Of a stretch of DNA of 64,000 nucleotides, positions 1 through 13,837 are shown in pieces. Each line of letters begins with the position of its first letter. Positions within the stretch are counted from its first letter, which is position 1. This stretch comes from Octopus vulgaris (Eukaryota): assembly GCA_951406725.2 (NCBI GenBank), contig OX597822.1:18476001-18540000 (forward strand), read 5' to 3'. Position numbers and translations under genes: made by a program. The notes under the pieces were generated by a model, which saw only the letters and a program-made list of their open reading frames with translations, was not told where the DNA came from and did no database searches.

Positions 1-505
1 ATGCCTCACCACCTCATCCCAGGTCTTTTTGGGTCTACCTCTTCCACAGGTTCCCTCTATTGCTAGGGTGTGACACTTTTTCACACAGCTGTCCTCATCC
101 ATATGCATCACATAACCATACCAGCACAGTCGTCTCTCTTGCTCACCACATCTGATGCTTCTTATGTCCAACTTTTCCCTCAGGGTGCTTACACTCTGTC
201 ATGTATGCACACTGACATTACACATCCAGCGGGGCATGCTAACTTCATTCCTTGCAAGCGTATGCATGTCCTCAGCAGTCACAGCCCATGTTTCACTGCC
301 ATATAGCATGGCTGTTTGCGCACATGCGTCATACAATCTACCTTTTACTCTGAGCGAGAGGCCCTTTGTCACCAGCAGAGGTAAGATCCCTCTGAACTTT
401 CTCCAGGCTATTCTTATTCTAGCAGCTACACTCTCAGGGCATCCACCCCTGCTACTGACTTGGTCACCTAGGTAACGGAAGCTATCAGCTACTTCTAGTT
501 TTTTC
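1..505 (-). mobile_element. RTE-clade LINE fragment (RT C-terminal/thumb region), runs off the window edge
   Basis: ORF 199..540(-) contains FRYLGDQV...AARIRIAWRKF...KGRLYDAC...MLYGSETW, typical of the RTE RT thumb. Confidence 0.85.
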
Positions 506-1061
506 CTCCGGGCATGTGACAGAAGCTGTTTTCTGCACATTTTCAGTATTTATTACCACAACCCTATATAAGGCCCTCTGAAGCTAGTGGGTAGGAGAAA
601 GGTCTCCTCGAACTGGAATCTTGGATTGAATACTTGCAGTGGAGTGCATTCGGCTAAAGGCACCCAAGGTACTTGATGGTGGTGTTTAATTAGATGATCA
701 ATCAAGGCAGCCATCACAAGATTTGAACTCAGAAGGCCAAGAATCAAAAATATTGTCAGGTGTCCAGTTTGAGGAACTTAGAATTCACTCCTTACCTCCT
801 GGATTTATACTTTTTTTTTATTATTTCAATGCTGAAAGGATGAACTAAAAAGTTGATTTCAGCAGGATTGAGTAGAAGAGATTTTGGCACCACTGGTTTG
901 GCATTGCCTTTTTGACATCACTTATTCAATACTGACTTACTTGACATCAGATATTTTAATGATTCTTTCATTCTCTCTCTCTTTTCCTTCACCCTCTCTT
1001 TACTTCCATCCCTCCCACTCTCTCTCTTTCTGTAAAGATATATATATATATATATATATAT

Positions 1062-1540
1062 GTGATGGCCATCCACTTGTGGCTGAGGAAGATCATTGCT
1101 GACCTTCAGGAATATTGTGCACTCTAGGACTAACTTATATTTTGCATTTGCAGCTCCATTGGTGGCTAATGAGCCCTGCTCTTTACAAGCATACACGACT
1201 GCAAACATTGCAAACCAAGCTTTCCCCATTCACTCCACCAGCAGTTGTGCTTTCAAGCAGCACACTTAAGTTCATCATGCAGAATACATGCTCTCTCAAA
1301 AGTGTCGAATTCTCCCCACCCACTTTAACCAGCTTCTTCCATCTGTGATGATGTCAGGCATTGCTCTCCCGGTTAGTCTCCAGCATATCACAGGCCTTTA
1401 ATGAGAACTTGATACAGTCCTTAAAGCGCAGCCTTGGTTTCTGCCGGGGTCTCTTTCCATTCACAAGTTTCCCATCTAGCATCCATCTAATTCTATAAAC
1501 ACATGCATGTTTCTTTGTGTTTACCTCCAGTATCAAGAAG
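1062..1540 (-). mobile_element. Decayed RTE/BovB-like LINE 3' fragment
   Basis: ORF 1354..1536(-) GKLVNGKRPRQKPRLRFKDCIKFSLK matches the RTE C-terminal G.L..GKR..G.P..R.KD motif. Confidence 0.7.
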
Positions 1541-3288
1541 TACTGTCACCAAAAAGAGCTCAGTTTCCTGGCATCCAGAAATCCATGCACAAATGTTTCA
1601 TTGTGAGCAGGATTTGAGCTCAGGACACAAAGTATGAAATGTTTTCTCCAATAAGAAGAAAGAGGAATGTGTATATATGTGGCCATTAGAAAGCAGATCA
1701 GTTAAAGAGCAGCATCGAAAGCTTTCTGCAGGATCTGTGTTGTTAGTCCCAAATGCCTGAAATATGGGAAATGAGGATTTTAAATGAAAGTTTATTTTTA
1801 TTATTATTATCTTAAAGTATCAATAATTGTTTAGCCATTCTGATATCTGTTTTCTCACTTTGACTATCAATTTAATTATTTTGTATGTGTGTGTGCGTGC
1901 GTGCGTACTCATTTATATAAACATACATATATATATAAACACACACACATATATGTAAACACGCGTACACACATAGACAAATGTGTGTATGTATAGTTAT
2001 TTATGTGTCTGTATTTGAGAGTATATATATACATATATTTATATAAGTACATGCACACATCCAAATATGGATATATGTTTACACACACACACACCCCTAT
2101 TTAGTTCTCCAGTCGTCTATGATAATACCAATAAATTTCAAAGCCTGAACGTTAAGCTGATGGAGAAAATGTTAAAAATCTGTTATTACATAATCCTTTT
2201 TGCACAGGATTTTAAAGCTATAAAAATGCTTGATAACTCTCATTTATCACTGCATTTTATTTGTATTTTGTTATTGTGTCTTGTTTTGTTTTTTCTATTC
2301 TATTTATTTTTATTTGTTTTATATAAGTGTCTATTAATGGAAGAAGTCAGTTCTTTTGAAGTGGAGAGCATTACAGGGCATAAAAGCAGTTAACTACTTA
2401 GAACACTAGAGAAATGTTTGCTTTAAAAGAGGATGAAAAATATCTGGGTTTTTGTTTGTTTTATTCATTGAAATAAAAATAACATCTGACTTAGTGTTGT
2501 ACTCAATAAAATGCATGAATAGTTATATCAGTTCTCAAAATTATAACTTAAATATCTTCTCTTGAATAGTTTTTTACTTACTGTTTTATTTTTCGCTCTC
2601 TGCTCAGCTTGCTCTGGACATGTAAGCAAATAAGATATTTGCATATTGCTATTAAGAAGGTGATTTACAACAAATTGATGTTTCTAGCCATTTCTAAAAT
2701 GTTCTGGTGATATTTGGTTTTAGATGATTGTGTAAGGTTTCACTGTTAACAGAGTTAGGAACAGCAACAACAAAGGCTTTGCCACAAAACCTGTTTAAAG
2801 ACAGCAGCTAAGCCACCCTCGAAATGAAAAAGTGATGTGTAGGACAATGTAATCCCGAATAAGACAGTAAACTGACATGGTCATTGGAGGTCTGGTCACA
2901 ATATATATGTTTGTTGTGATCCCCTGTGGTCTGAATTCACTTCTCACTAAGGTCATCTTTGCTTTTAATCCTTTGTCTAATTGATTTTCTTCAGTCTTCC
3001 TCTCTCATCATTAGATGTGTTTTGTTGATGCTGCATGAAATGCCTTTACTCGAGTTGTTTAACATTGTGGCTATGGTGGAAACATACGTCACAGGACATA
3101 AATATTTTCCTTGCAAGTACAATCAATACACACACACATATATACCTCTCTGTGTGTACACATATGTTGATTACATAAATACACACATACAGGGTTGGTT
3201 ATGTGTGTGTATGCATGTATGTATATATATATAAGAAAAATAAAAACGGAAAATACGCACACTTACATGGTTATAGTATAATTTTTAA

Positions 3289-3325
3289 TGTATCGACCGG
3301 TTTCGCAATCGCTATTCATGATACA
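3289..3325 (-). ncRNA. Minimal type-I hammerhead ribozyme, A3-U8 core variant
   Basis: Reverse complement reads TGTATC-ATGAATA-GC GATT GC-GAA-ACCGGT-C-GATACA (helix I, core, helix II, GAA, palindromic helix III, GUC site, helix I'). Confidence 0.75.
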
Positions 3326-3600
3326 ATGTTTAATTTATATGAAAATATATTTTTTCTTAAGAAGAAAATGGGTCCATGTTGTTTATAATGAGATTCACAA
3401 GTGAATGATTTTACAAGTTGACAAGTAAAGGGAGGTAATTGTTTATTATTGTTATTGTTGTGTGTAGGGGAGATAACTGTTTAGGTTTTGGGTGGGGAAA
3501 AAATATGAGTACAGAAAGGAGACAGGTTTTAAAAAAAGGGGGCCTTGTTTAGTAGGGGATTTATGTACAGTGATGTAATATGTAAAAATATAAAAATTGG

Positions 3601-3708
3601 TTATGTGTGCTTATTCAGACGCGTTTTGTATTTTTCAATGAAAAATGTTTCTTTATTTAAACGTTCTAGTTGAGAGATTGTGTCTTTGCACTGGTAGAAA
3701 GGGAAGAC
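3601..3708 (-). pseudogene. C-terminal tail of a PLE GIY-YIG endonuclease
   Basis: Minus frame reads VFPFYQCKDTISQLERLNKETFFIEKYKTRLNKHT*, matching the R..E..FI.....LN end of GIY-YIG domains. Confidence 0.65.
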
Positions 3709-3782
3709 TGTGAATCTCATTATAAACAACATGGACCCATTTTCTTCTTAAGAAAAAATATATTTTCATATAAATTAAACAT

Positions 3783-3819
3783 TGTATCATGAATAGCGAT
3801 TGCGAAACCGGTCGATACA
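3783..3819 (+). ncRNA. Minimal type-I hammerhead ribozyme, A3-U8 core variant (inverted copy)
   Basis: tgtatc ATGAATA gc gatt gc GAA accggt C gataca, identical to the 3289-3325 copy. Confidence 0.75.
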
Positions 3820-5905
3820 TTAAAGATTATACTATAACCATGTAAGTGTGCGTAATTTCTGTTTTTAATTTTCTTATATACATTACAATCCACAACGTGG
3901 GGACAACCAAAATTCCTCTTTTCTGTTACTACTACTATATATATAATAATATTAGGGAGTATATCCAAACTTACAGGGAAAATTATCTCTAATTTAATTT
4001 AAATTTATATATATATATATATAATCGACTGTGCATACTCAGTGTATGTTTTGCTTCTGTGCTGGATGCTGTGGTTTAGAATGGTCGGAATGACTCCCTC
4101 AAAGTATTGTTTGTCAAAACACCTGAAAGTCTTAGACAAGTGAAACAACTCACCCCTAATCCCATTTAGGAGTGATAGATACTGATATTTTGCCAATTGT
4201 GTGGCTTGTCAACCTCACACCTGAATTCAACAGGCTGCAAACTAAATCATCAGTCTGTGACTCTGTTTACCATTCATGTAAAAACCATTTGTTGATATTC
4301 CACAGAAATGCATAAAAATAAATTCAATTAATGCTTGACTGTCATTGAAGCTGAGGGTTTGTTTTGTGGCTTCAATTTCAGTCCCCAACAATGTTCATCT
4401 GATCCCATCATCATTTAAGGCCCACTTACCAATGCTTGCATGTTCAGGCAGATTTTCCACGACCGGCTGCCCTTCCTGTCACTAGCTCTCACCTGTTTCA
4501 AAGTAGGGTCCTACTTTTCCCTTGCACAGAAATGCTTATCAGAGAAGACTGGAAGTGAACGACCTTAATAGTATGAGGATAATGCTCATTTACAACTGTT
4601 TCATAATGTCTGGAGAAAGGTACACACACACACACCTACCTACATGCATGCATACACACACACATACATACATGCAAGGAAGCAAGCATATGATGGGCTT
4701 CTTTTAGTTTCCATTTATTGAATCTATCCACAAGGCTTTGATCAGCCCGGGGCTGCAGTAGAAGATACTTGCCTAAGGTGCCTTGCTGTGGGAGTGAACC
4801 GAAGGCCATAGGGTTGGGAAGCAACCTTCTTAATTAATCACAGTTATACCATTAATAACTGATGCAACGCTTGGTTTTGTGAGTAAATACTGAAGTGAGA
4901 GTCTGGATAAGCTAAGGTTTTCAGTGAAGGAAATTAATGAGCTAATTTGCATATTACAAATTCAATCTGTAAGTGGAACAGTAAAAATGTGCAAGACTTT
5001 TCTTAAGTTCAAAATATGACATTGTTTCTGTTATCGACATTCCAACGATGAAGCTTTGTATCTTTGTTAGAACCCAGCACCTTTCTCAGAGAAAAGATTT
5101 CAAATTATTAGAAAACGAAGAGAACACACACACACATATAATGGTTTCTGTTTTGTATTAAATGTTAGAATACAAATAGTTATAAGCAAATAGGTTGAGT
5201 AATAATATGAAATAAATGCATTGGCATACAACCAAAAATGCATGTACACTCACACACAATGAACCAATGAGAAGTCTCTGTGTGTTGCTAACCCTACTGT
5301 ATGTGCGTGTGTGGGAGGTGAGAGAGAGTGGTAGGGGTCAGTTGGTAAGAGGTTGAAATGCTGGACCACTGGCAAACAACACAAGGCATAAATTCAAATC
5401 TTAACACTGATCGTACTTCTCAACAAGACACAAAGCAACATAACAATATACATCAGAATCCTTCACTATCACTGGATGAGCCAATTGTAAGCATTTGGAT
5501 GGTGTATATTAACCAACAATTGAAAATCCTACATGAAATTGCATTTATATATTGCATGTAGCCCTTTATTCTCCTGTAATTCTCTCATAGCAAGTGAAGC
5601 ATTTCGAGTACCTTACCTCTCTATGAATCTAAACTAAAATTTTTTCTCTACATTTCTTTTGTTGTCTTTAAAACATCTCCCTCTTATGATATTGTGTTGT
5701 TTTCCCACCAGATTCTCCTTCCAGATTCATCATCTTATTTTCGCAGAACTATTACAATGGTGTAAACATATTAGTTATTTGAGGGCTGCACTTTGAATGG
5801 AAACTCTTTGAGGCTTTAGTATCCATTCTGCTATTGAAAACACCTTCTGCCATTTCTCTTTATTACTTACTTCTCTTCTGATCCTGATCCATGCAGCCAG
5901 TGTGC

Positions 5906-5936
<31 letters not shown>

Positions 5937-7768
5937 TAGAGAGAGAGATGTAAATATATACATGTGTTTGTGTGTGTATGTAAACAAAGGAATATATATA
6001 TAAAAATATACCTATGTATTGCACATCTTAGTTAATGATTATACATAGCAGTTCTTCACACTTTCTGTAAATTTTGGTTCCCTTCACCTCATATATTATC
6101 TTAATGAATTGAGAGTTTTTTTTTGTTTGTTTTTTTTTGTTTTCTTGCTAAACACATTCAGAAGATTCACTTTGCCTCTTTTTGCCTTGTGTTGCATCAA
6201 CCTCTAATATCACCATTTATTACATTCCAACATTTCATGCAATCTTTTCTTTATCCAACACTCTTTAAAATATTCTTCATTCTGGATTTAGAAGGAGGTT
6301 TACATCTGAATATGTGCAAGAACCATAGAATGGTCATAAGCACTTGTTGAGCAAGGACTGCAACATGGGTTCAATTCCTAGTTGAATTATTACTTTTCAT
6401 GTACACTTCACACCTCTTGTTTCCAGCTTTGGTAAATATCTTGTAGAGGAATTGGTGCCATGTAACTGACTTGCCTTCATAACATTCTTCAGGAAGACAA
6501 TATCTTTAGCAGTAATTCAATAAAATATTAAGATTTATTGAAGTTTTAAGTTCCTAATTCTGAACATAAAATTTACCAAACATTTGCTGGAATTTAGTTG
6601 TTCCCAAATAAATTAATGTTTTGATTATGGATTGGCAGCCCGTCCTTCAGCTGCCAACTTTTGGTTTCTCTGCTCTCTCTACATTCACTATGCATAAAGC
6701 ACCCCCACCTCCACCTATTCTATGTTGGTGCCTTGTCAGAACCCCCACCACCCAACCTCACTTCCTGCAGCATTCCCTCTGCAGATGATTGATGAGCAAG
6801 ACTACTTCTGTAGAACTGGTGCTTTGAAGAATGCACTCAATATGCACTCTAAAGTGGTTGATAAAAGATGATCAGAAAAAGCATGGGACTGCGATGTCCA
6901 TTTTTTTCTTCAAAGACTATTCAATCTTACCAGAACTGGTGCCATAGCAAAAGACATCCAATACATTCTGTAAAGTGGTTTGGTGACAGGAAGAGCATGT
7001 AGCCATAGAAACCAAGCCAAATGACTTGCACAAGCACCAGTCTATGAGAATGGTAACTGTAAATATGAAATTATTTGGAATGTGATAACCCCTCCAAGTC
7101 ATACCAGTATGGAAAGCAGATGTTAAATGATTGTGATGATGATGATGAGAATGACAACATGGTGGCAGTGATGGCAGCAGCAGCAGAGATAGAGTTTAAG
7201 ACAAAATGTCTTGCAATATTTTGTTCTTGTCAATTCCTTTCTGAGTTCAAACACCACTAAGATCAATTTTGTCTTTCATCCTTCTGGGCTAGATATAAAA
7301 CACACTACCAGTAATGTGCTAGGGTTGATCTCATTATGGTCTTGTGTGCTGATGTTATAAATCAATCAGATAAATGTTTAAGGAGATGAATAAGTAATGA
7401 TGATATGTGAACCTTATAAAATCTATTTCCATCCCTTTCCATTTCTGACTCAAGATGATCAATAATGTCAATGCCGTGAGCTCCTATTTGGAGTTTTAGC
7501 TACAATCACAAGGAAGTCTTCATTACCATTGATATTACTTTTAGCTCTGTTATTGTCTATGTTGTTTATTCTCTTTTATAGTTGTTAGTGTCATTTTAAA
7601 AATTAAAAATATTGATTGGTTTTTGTCAGGAATGTGCATTTGGGTTCAATTATAATTTTTTTCTGTCATTTTCATTTCTCGTTTTTTTTTTTTATTTGAA
7701 ATTTAAAATTAATAAAACTGATTAATTTCTTTTTTAGTTTTGTTTTTAACAAACTAAAATCGGTGTGG

Positions 7769-8029
7769 TGTGGGATGACGTCAGCAGCTGGGGAGCTGAC
7801 CGGAACTTGGGCTTACCGGAAGGGGCAGGAGTGACGCGCATGCAGGCAGGGCAGGATTCGGCCTTTTCGATCGAGGTCGCTGAGGGAGTAAGACGCGTGA
7901 GCACGTTGTTAAGGTAGGGGAGAAGCAGCTGCTATTTCTAGTGTTCGGGTCGGGATGTGTCGAAGGATCCATTACCACTGAAAGGTCTCCATCTGAGACC
8001 TTTATTTCGAATCTCTCGCATACACCACT
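7769..8029 (+). mobile_element. Solo LTR related to the LTRs of the element at 30077-34114
   Basis: Starts TGTGGGATGACGTCAGCAGCTGGGGAGCTGACCGGAAC and ends ...TTTATTTCGAATCTCTCGCATACACCACT. Flanked by TGTGG on both sides (7764-7768 and 8030-8034). Confidence 0.9.
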
Positions 8030-8564
8030 TGTGGAAAACATCTGAAATTGAAATTTGTAAATTAAATTAAATTAAATTAAAATTTATATCAATTTCATTT
8101 TAAATTTGTTTTATTTTTAGTGAATTTTAATTCAAGTTTGAATTTCAATTCTAGATTACAAAGGAGAAAAAATCTGAATTTTGTATTCAATCTATGAAAA
8201 TATCTCAGTTTTATTGATACAAAATTTCAAATCATAAAAAGAAAAAAAAAACATACAAAACAAATGGTACACTGAAAATAAGAAAAGAAAATGTTTTTTA
8301 TTTTTTCACAAAATGTCCTTATTTGACCAGTTTGCTTCAGTGTTTTACATCTGATTTTCGATACTGGTATGGGTTTGATGGTTATTTATTTGAAGCAGCA
8401 TTTTACACCCAGATGCCCAACACTTACCTGCTTTTCAAGGGACTTCCACAGCAGTACAAGGTGTATTCTACACAGTTAATATAAATATGACATCACTGCT
8501 TTTTGGTTTGACAATCTCAGGTGAAGAAACTGTAATGGTAGCTTTCATACACACAAGTATATAT

Positions 8565-8910
8565 TTTTTCTTGTACTTGATTTAGTCATTGGGCTACAGC
8601 CATGCCGGAGCACCACACTGAAAGCTTTCATGGAACAAACCAATCCTAACACTTAATTTTAAGTCTGTCAGTCTCTTTTACTGAACTGCTAAGCTATGGG
8701 GGACATAAACAAACATCAAAAGTGCAATGACACACACGTTCACACATGTACATGGGCTTCCACACAGTTTCCACTCATAAAATTTACTCACAACACACTG
8801 GTCAACTTTGGGCAGCAGTAGAAGACACTTGCCCAAGGTACTGCACAGTGGAACTGAAGCCCAAACTATGTTGTCACAAAGGCAGCTTCTTAACCATACA
8901 GCCATGCCTG
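8565..8910 (-). mobile_element. tRNA-derived SINE (family 1), diverged copy
   Basis: Homologous to 13371-13784 (...agtagaagacacttgcccaagg...). Confidence 0.8.
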
Positions 8911-9510
8911 TACACATGTGTATATATTAAAAACTGAGACAACAACTTTGACTGTTATTTCTCTATTCTTTTGCTTAGAAGTTCAACAGTTTTCCTTGAT
9001 TGATTAACAATGCTTTTTTTTTTCTCTTTTATAAGACTTTCCAGTAAACCAACAACTCTGCTTACTCAAAGGTTGGAACATTTACTCAAGCGGGGCTGCT
9101 TAGAATACTTCTCAATGTCATTAATTTCACAAACTGTAGCACACTAGCAGAAATGGTACCATGCCAGACTTAACAGTATTTTTTCCAGCTCATTCTGTTC
9201 AAGTTGAAATGCCATCAAGGTTAACTGCCCTTCATCCTTTTGAACTTGACAAAATACCATTTGCACCCTAGGATTAATGTAATTGACTCCCCCTCCCCTT
9301 AAAGTTACTTGCCTCGTGTCAAGATTAGAAATAAATAATAGTTTCATAAAATTGAAGTCTATAGATCAATATTTAAATTTTTGTGGTATATGTCTTATTG
9401 TTGTGTAGTCTTAGGACAGCCCCAATCAAGCAGACCTTAGTCTATCTTGGACTAAATTATTCTTTATGTCCTTTTTTTGTGATTTGAAATAGATTTGGCC
9501 ACCATTGTTG

Positions 9511-9544
<34 letters not shown>

Positions 9545-9545
<1 letters not shown>

Positions 9546-10924
9546 TAAGGTGTTGCACAGTATCCAAGATCCAATATCATGACGTTGTTGATTGAAGATA
9601 TTGTGTCTACCAGGGGTTTGTACTGTCTGTCAAGTCATAACAAGGACCTCAGACTAAACAGTACTTTACGCAATGTGCGTGCAGTTCCAAGTAATGCTGG
9701 GTTTTGCAATACATCTAGATTGTAGGGTATTTCTAAAGTTTTCAGATGTTTTTTCAGATTGGCTGGTATCGAACCCAATGCTCCGAAGACAATAGAGACA
9801 ACCTTTATGTTTGACTCTCATGGCTGCCACATCTTAGCAATCTCAATTCTCAGGCCTCCATATTTATCAACCTTTCCTCTTATGATGATATGTTGATCTC
9901 CTGGCACTGCCACATCAATTATTAGGTACTCTTGTTTGTCCCTCCTAAAGATTGCTCTATCTGGACTTCAGTGCTCTAACACCTTGTCTGTCTGGAAGTC
10001 AAAGTGCCTTCCCATTTTCATCTATTATCTTTTTGTGGTATATGCTGGTACCAAGCACCCATTACCTTGTATCCATACTTCTGGCATCGTAGCTAGTGAA
10101 CATTTTGTGCTATCTTGTCATGTCTGCACTTGTACTCTTTCTGTGCAAGACTTTCACAAGCTTTAACAATGTGAGTCACACTTTCGACCCTCTTCCCACA
10201 CATTCTGCAGAGGTCCATTGCACTTGTGTGCTATATATCTCTTTTTCACTGAGTTGGTATTCAGTGCCTGATCCTGGGCAGCAATGATTATGCTTTCAGT
10301 CTTTATTTTTACGTCACCCTTGCCGAGCCACCTCCATGATGCTTCCTGGTCTTTTAATTTGTTGGTTGCATGGTGGAACTAACCATGTAATTCCATGCGG
10401 AGTAGAGTTTCTTCTCTCTTGTTGGCTATTCATGACTAGAATTCATGAGCACTCTCAAGTCCATTTTTGGTAAATCCTTCTGCATTAGATCTTGTTTGCT
10501 GTTTACCAAATATTCTGCCATGCTTCTTCTTTCACTGTTGATGCACTCTTGTATGCTAATCAGCCCACGCCCACCTTTACCCCTCTTCATGTAGAGCCTG
10601 TGTACATTCGCCTTAGGGTGGAGGGTACCATACATTGCCATTGTCTTTTGGGTAGTGCGACTGAGTTGGTCAATCTCCACTTGTGTCCATTTCAGGATGG
10701 GAGCATTATAGTGGACTACAGTTGATGGCAGTCACGAGGTTCTTGGAGTTGAGTTTTGATTTCAAGAGAAGTTTGAGGTGCTTGAAATATGCAGTGATGG
10801 TCTTGTCTTTCGTTTCTCTATGCAAGATATTGTCCAGCTCAAGGATCCCAAGGTTCTTGTACCCATCATCATCCGGGTCTTCCATTCTCTCTCCATTTGG
10901 CAATTCTATGCCCCTACAATTTAC

Positions 10925-10925
<1 letters not shown>
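9545..10925 (-). mobile_element. Dong/R4-clade LINE, 5'-truncated and decayed (RT thumb plus restriction-like endonuclease)
   Basis: GYKNLGILE...LNSKNLVTAIN and LHPKANVHRLYMKRGKGGRGLISI motifs, flanked by (TTA)n at both ends. Confidence 0.85.
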
Positions 10926-10960
<35 letters not shown>

Positions 10961-11150
10961 GATGGCAAGCTGACAGAATTGTTAGCACACCAGGCTAAAA
11001 TGCTTAGTGGCATTTTGTCCATCTTTACATCCTGAGTTCTAATTCTGCTGAGGTCGACTTTGCCTTTCATCCGTTCAAGGTTGATAAAATAAGTAATAAA
11101 CTCATCCTCTTCCCTAAAGGCTTCAGCCCTTGTGGCAAAATTTGAAAGCA
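10961..11150 (+). mobile_element. tRNA-derived SINE (family 2)
   Basis: Homologous to 34212-34441 (gaggtcgactttgcctttcatcc...gataaaataagta). Confidence 0.75.
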
Positions 11151-11164
11151 TTATTATAATTATT

Positions 11165-11397
11165 CTTGAAACAAAGCTCAGGTTTGGACTTATTCCTGGT
11201 TCTATTTATGTGGGCAGTGGGTTGCTACCTGTAACCTTAGGTATCCACTCATTTCTAGAAGTCTTATAAGTGCTTAGAACCTTCTTGATAATCCTTGCTG
11301 TCCCTAAGAGACAAATTTTCTGGAGGAGCTCTACCGAACATTCTATTTCAGTCTCCTTCAGCCATTTCTCTACATCTTGGCTTACTGTTCCCATGCT
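11165..11397 (-). mobile_element. Dong/R4 LINE 3'-end fragment
   Basis: ORF 11206..11394(-) contains ELLQKICLLGTARIIKKVL. Confidence 0.75.
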
Positions 11398-13311
11398 CCA
11401 TCATCATTATTATTATTATTTAACAGCATCATACAGTAGTTTAGCTTTTTACAAATAATGGAGTATATCTGCTTTTTACAAATAGGTACCCCACCAAGGT
11501 ACTTATTCACCACTTGACTGTACCAATGTGAGTTAAATGGCATGGTTATTTTGTTTAGGATAATAGAATGATAAAATCAGAAGCACTGAAGTCTCTTCTG
11601 TGTTTCTTTGTTTTGTATTGTCTTACAATTCTATTAAAAATGAAAAAGAAAACAGTAACACAGAAACCATTTTGATTGTTCCTCCATTCAAATTCTAAAC
11701 AAATTTTTACATCACACTGAGAAACAAACCATTAAAAAAACAAACAAAAAACATAACATATGTCATTATATCTTCAAAGAACTTCAATAACGACTCATTT
11801 TAGAAATGAAACATAACTTCTTTATATTTAAACACTGCTGGAGGTTTTTGTATTTTTTTTTATTTCTTGTTTTTTTTTTTTATATTTTTTAATGCAATCT
11901 GAAATTCAGAAAATTGTAAAGATCTTGGGTACTATATAATATTTATTTCCTACTATTGATTAAAATCTTTCAGTCATCATTTCATTCTGTTAAATGTTTG
12001 TCAAACTCCCACTGACATATGCCAGCACCTCATGTTATTCATCCTTGTAAGAGAGGCGTTGCTGTTTATTGTTACAAATTATTTAGGAGTAGCAGTTATG
12101 GTTTCCACAATGGCATACAAATGAAAGAGAGAGAAAGGGGCAAGAGAGGGGGAGGAGTTCTATCCAGTGATCAGCCGATTCCTCTAAGAATTAAGCTGAG
12201 TCTGTGAGACGTTTTGACTTGGCTGTTTCAATGCTCACTTATTTGACATCAGACATCTTGATGCTTCCCTTATTTTAATGTTTTTCTCACTTTCCCTTCC
12301 TCTCTCTCTCTCTCTTATCTTTCTCTCCCCTCTTCTGTCTGTCTCTGTCCTCTTTCTCTCTCTCTCTCTCTCTATTTGTGTGAGCATATTGTTCTATGCC
12401 TATAAGGAGAGGGAAAGTGTTTATGTTGTGTTCAATTAATAAATTGCAATGTCTCTCTCTCTCTCTCTCTTCCTCTTCACCTCTCTCATTCACTCTACCT
12501 GTATGTATATATACTTCTATGCACATAGACACACACACGTGTGTGTGTATTGCCACCAAAACAGTTCGAATATCTGGTCTGTCATGTTGAACCATCAGCA
12601 TCCAAGCAGTTTATTCTGTTAATTTGATACATTTCCAGTTTTTAAACTGACAACTAGAGAAATACACACACACACACATATGCATATATGTATGTATATA
12701 CATACACATGACAGACACCCGTGCAGATTCTGTCTACCAAATCTACTCACAAGGCATTGCTAAGCCGATGAGATTGCTGTTGAAAACATTTGTTCAAGGT
12801 GTTACGCAGCAGTATTGATCCTTTAAACACATCATTGCAAAGCAAGCTTCTTAATGTAAGAATACATCGAAAAATGTAGTCCGAGATAGACAACATTTAA
12901 AAATAAGCATGGCAGGAACATCTTTAAACAATGGCTTGTTTGATCAATGCTAACCTTTCTTCATTTCTTCATTTCTGACTAAATATTCCATTTGAATCTC
13001 ATAAGTCAGTAATATTTAAGCAATTTTCCTCTTTCGTGTTTCTCTTTTCAAAATAATGTACAATCTGTTTCGATTCCATGGAAAATCAATTTATTTTCAA
13101 TTCTATGACTTTATGGTTTAGTAAGTTACTATGGCACGGAATGAAACCCTAAATAAGAAATAAATATTTTCAGCTTGAAATCAGCCAAAAAGTATGTTTA
13201 TATGTAGAGACTGAATACGATAAGACAAAGAAGATACTGATTGAGGCATATTTCACAAAAGAGAAGCCTGAAAATTGAAATTAATAGTCAGACCTGTTCT
13301 AGCTTTTACTC

Positions 13312-13370
<59 letters not shown>

Positions 13371-13372
<2 letters not shown>

Positions 13373-13781
13373 TCTCTTACTCTCTTTACTCTTTTACTTG
13401 TTTCAGTCATTTGATTGTGGCCATGCTGGAGCACTGCCTTTATTCGAGCAAATCGACCTTAGGACTTATTCTTTATGAGCCTAGTCTTAATCTCTTTTGC
13501 CAAACCGCTAAGTTACAGGGGACATAAACACACCAGCATCAGTTGTCAAGCAATGTTGGGGGGGACAAACACAGACACACAAACACACACACATATATAT
13601 ATACACATATACATATATACAATGGGCTTCTTTTCAGTTTCTGTCTACCAAATCCACTCACAAGGCTTTGGTCGACCCGAAGCTATAGTAGAAGACACTT
13701 GCCCAAGGTGCCATGCAGTGGGACTGAACCCAAAACCATGTGATTGGTAAGCAAGCTACTTACCACACAGCCACTCCTGCG

Positions 13782-13784
<3 letters not shown>
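13371..13784 (-). mobile_element. tRNA-derived SINE (family 1), near full length, within (TA)n
   Basis: Minus strand begins AGGCGCAGGAGTGGCTGTGTGGTAAG (A-box-like)...GGGTTCAGTCCC (B-box-like). Many copies occur in the window. Confidence 0.9.

Positions 13785-13837
<53 letters not shown>

Larger units (their letters stand above)
3231..4005 (-). mobile_element. 5'-truncated Penelope-like element with an inverted pseudo-LTR, inserted in (TA)n
   Basis: Inverted arms ~3231-3399 and 3709-~3880, each carrying an HHR. A GIY-YIG C-terminal remnant lies between them, and (TA)n flanks both sides. Confidence 0.8.

Noticed and set aside
5468-5540. CTGGATGA...AATTGT/ACAATT-GAAA hammerhead-like string
   Set aside because: The core has an insertion, and helices I and III do not register.
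13715-13784. tRNA-like A/B boxes as a tRNA gene
   Set aside because: This is the head of a multi-copy SINE, with no complete cloverleaf evident.
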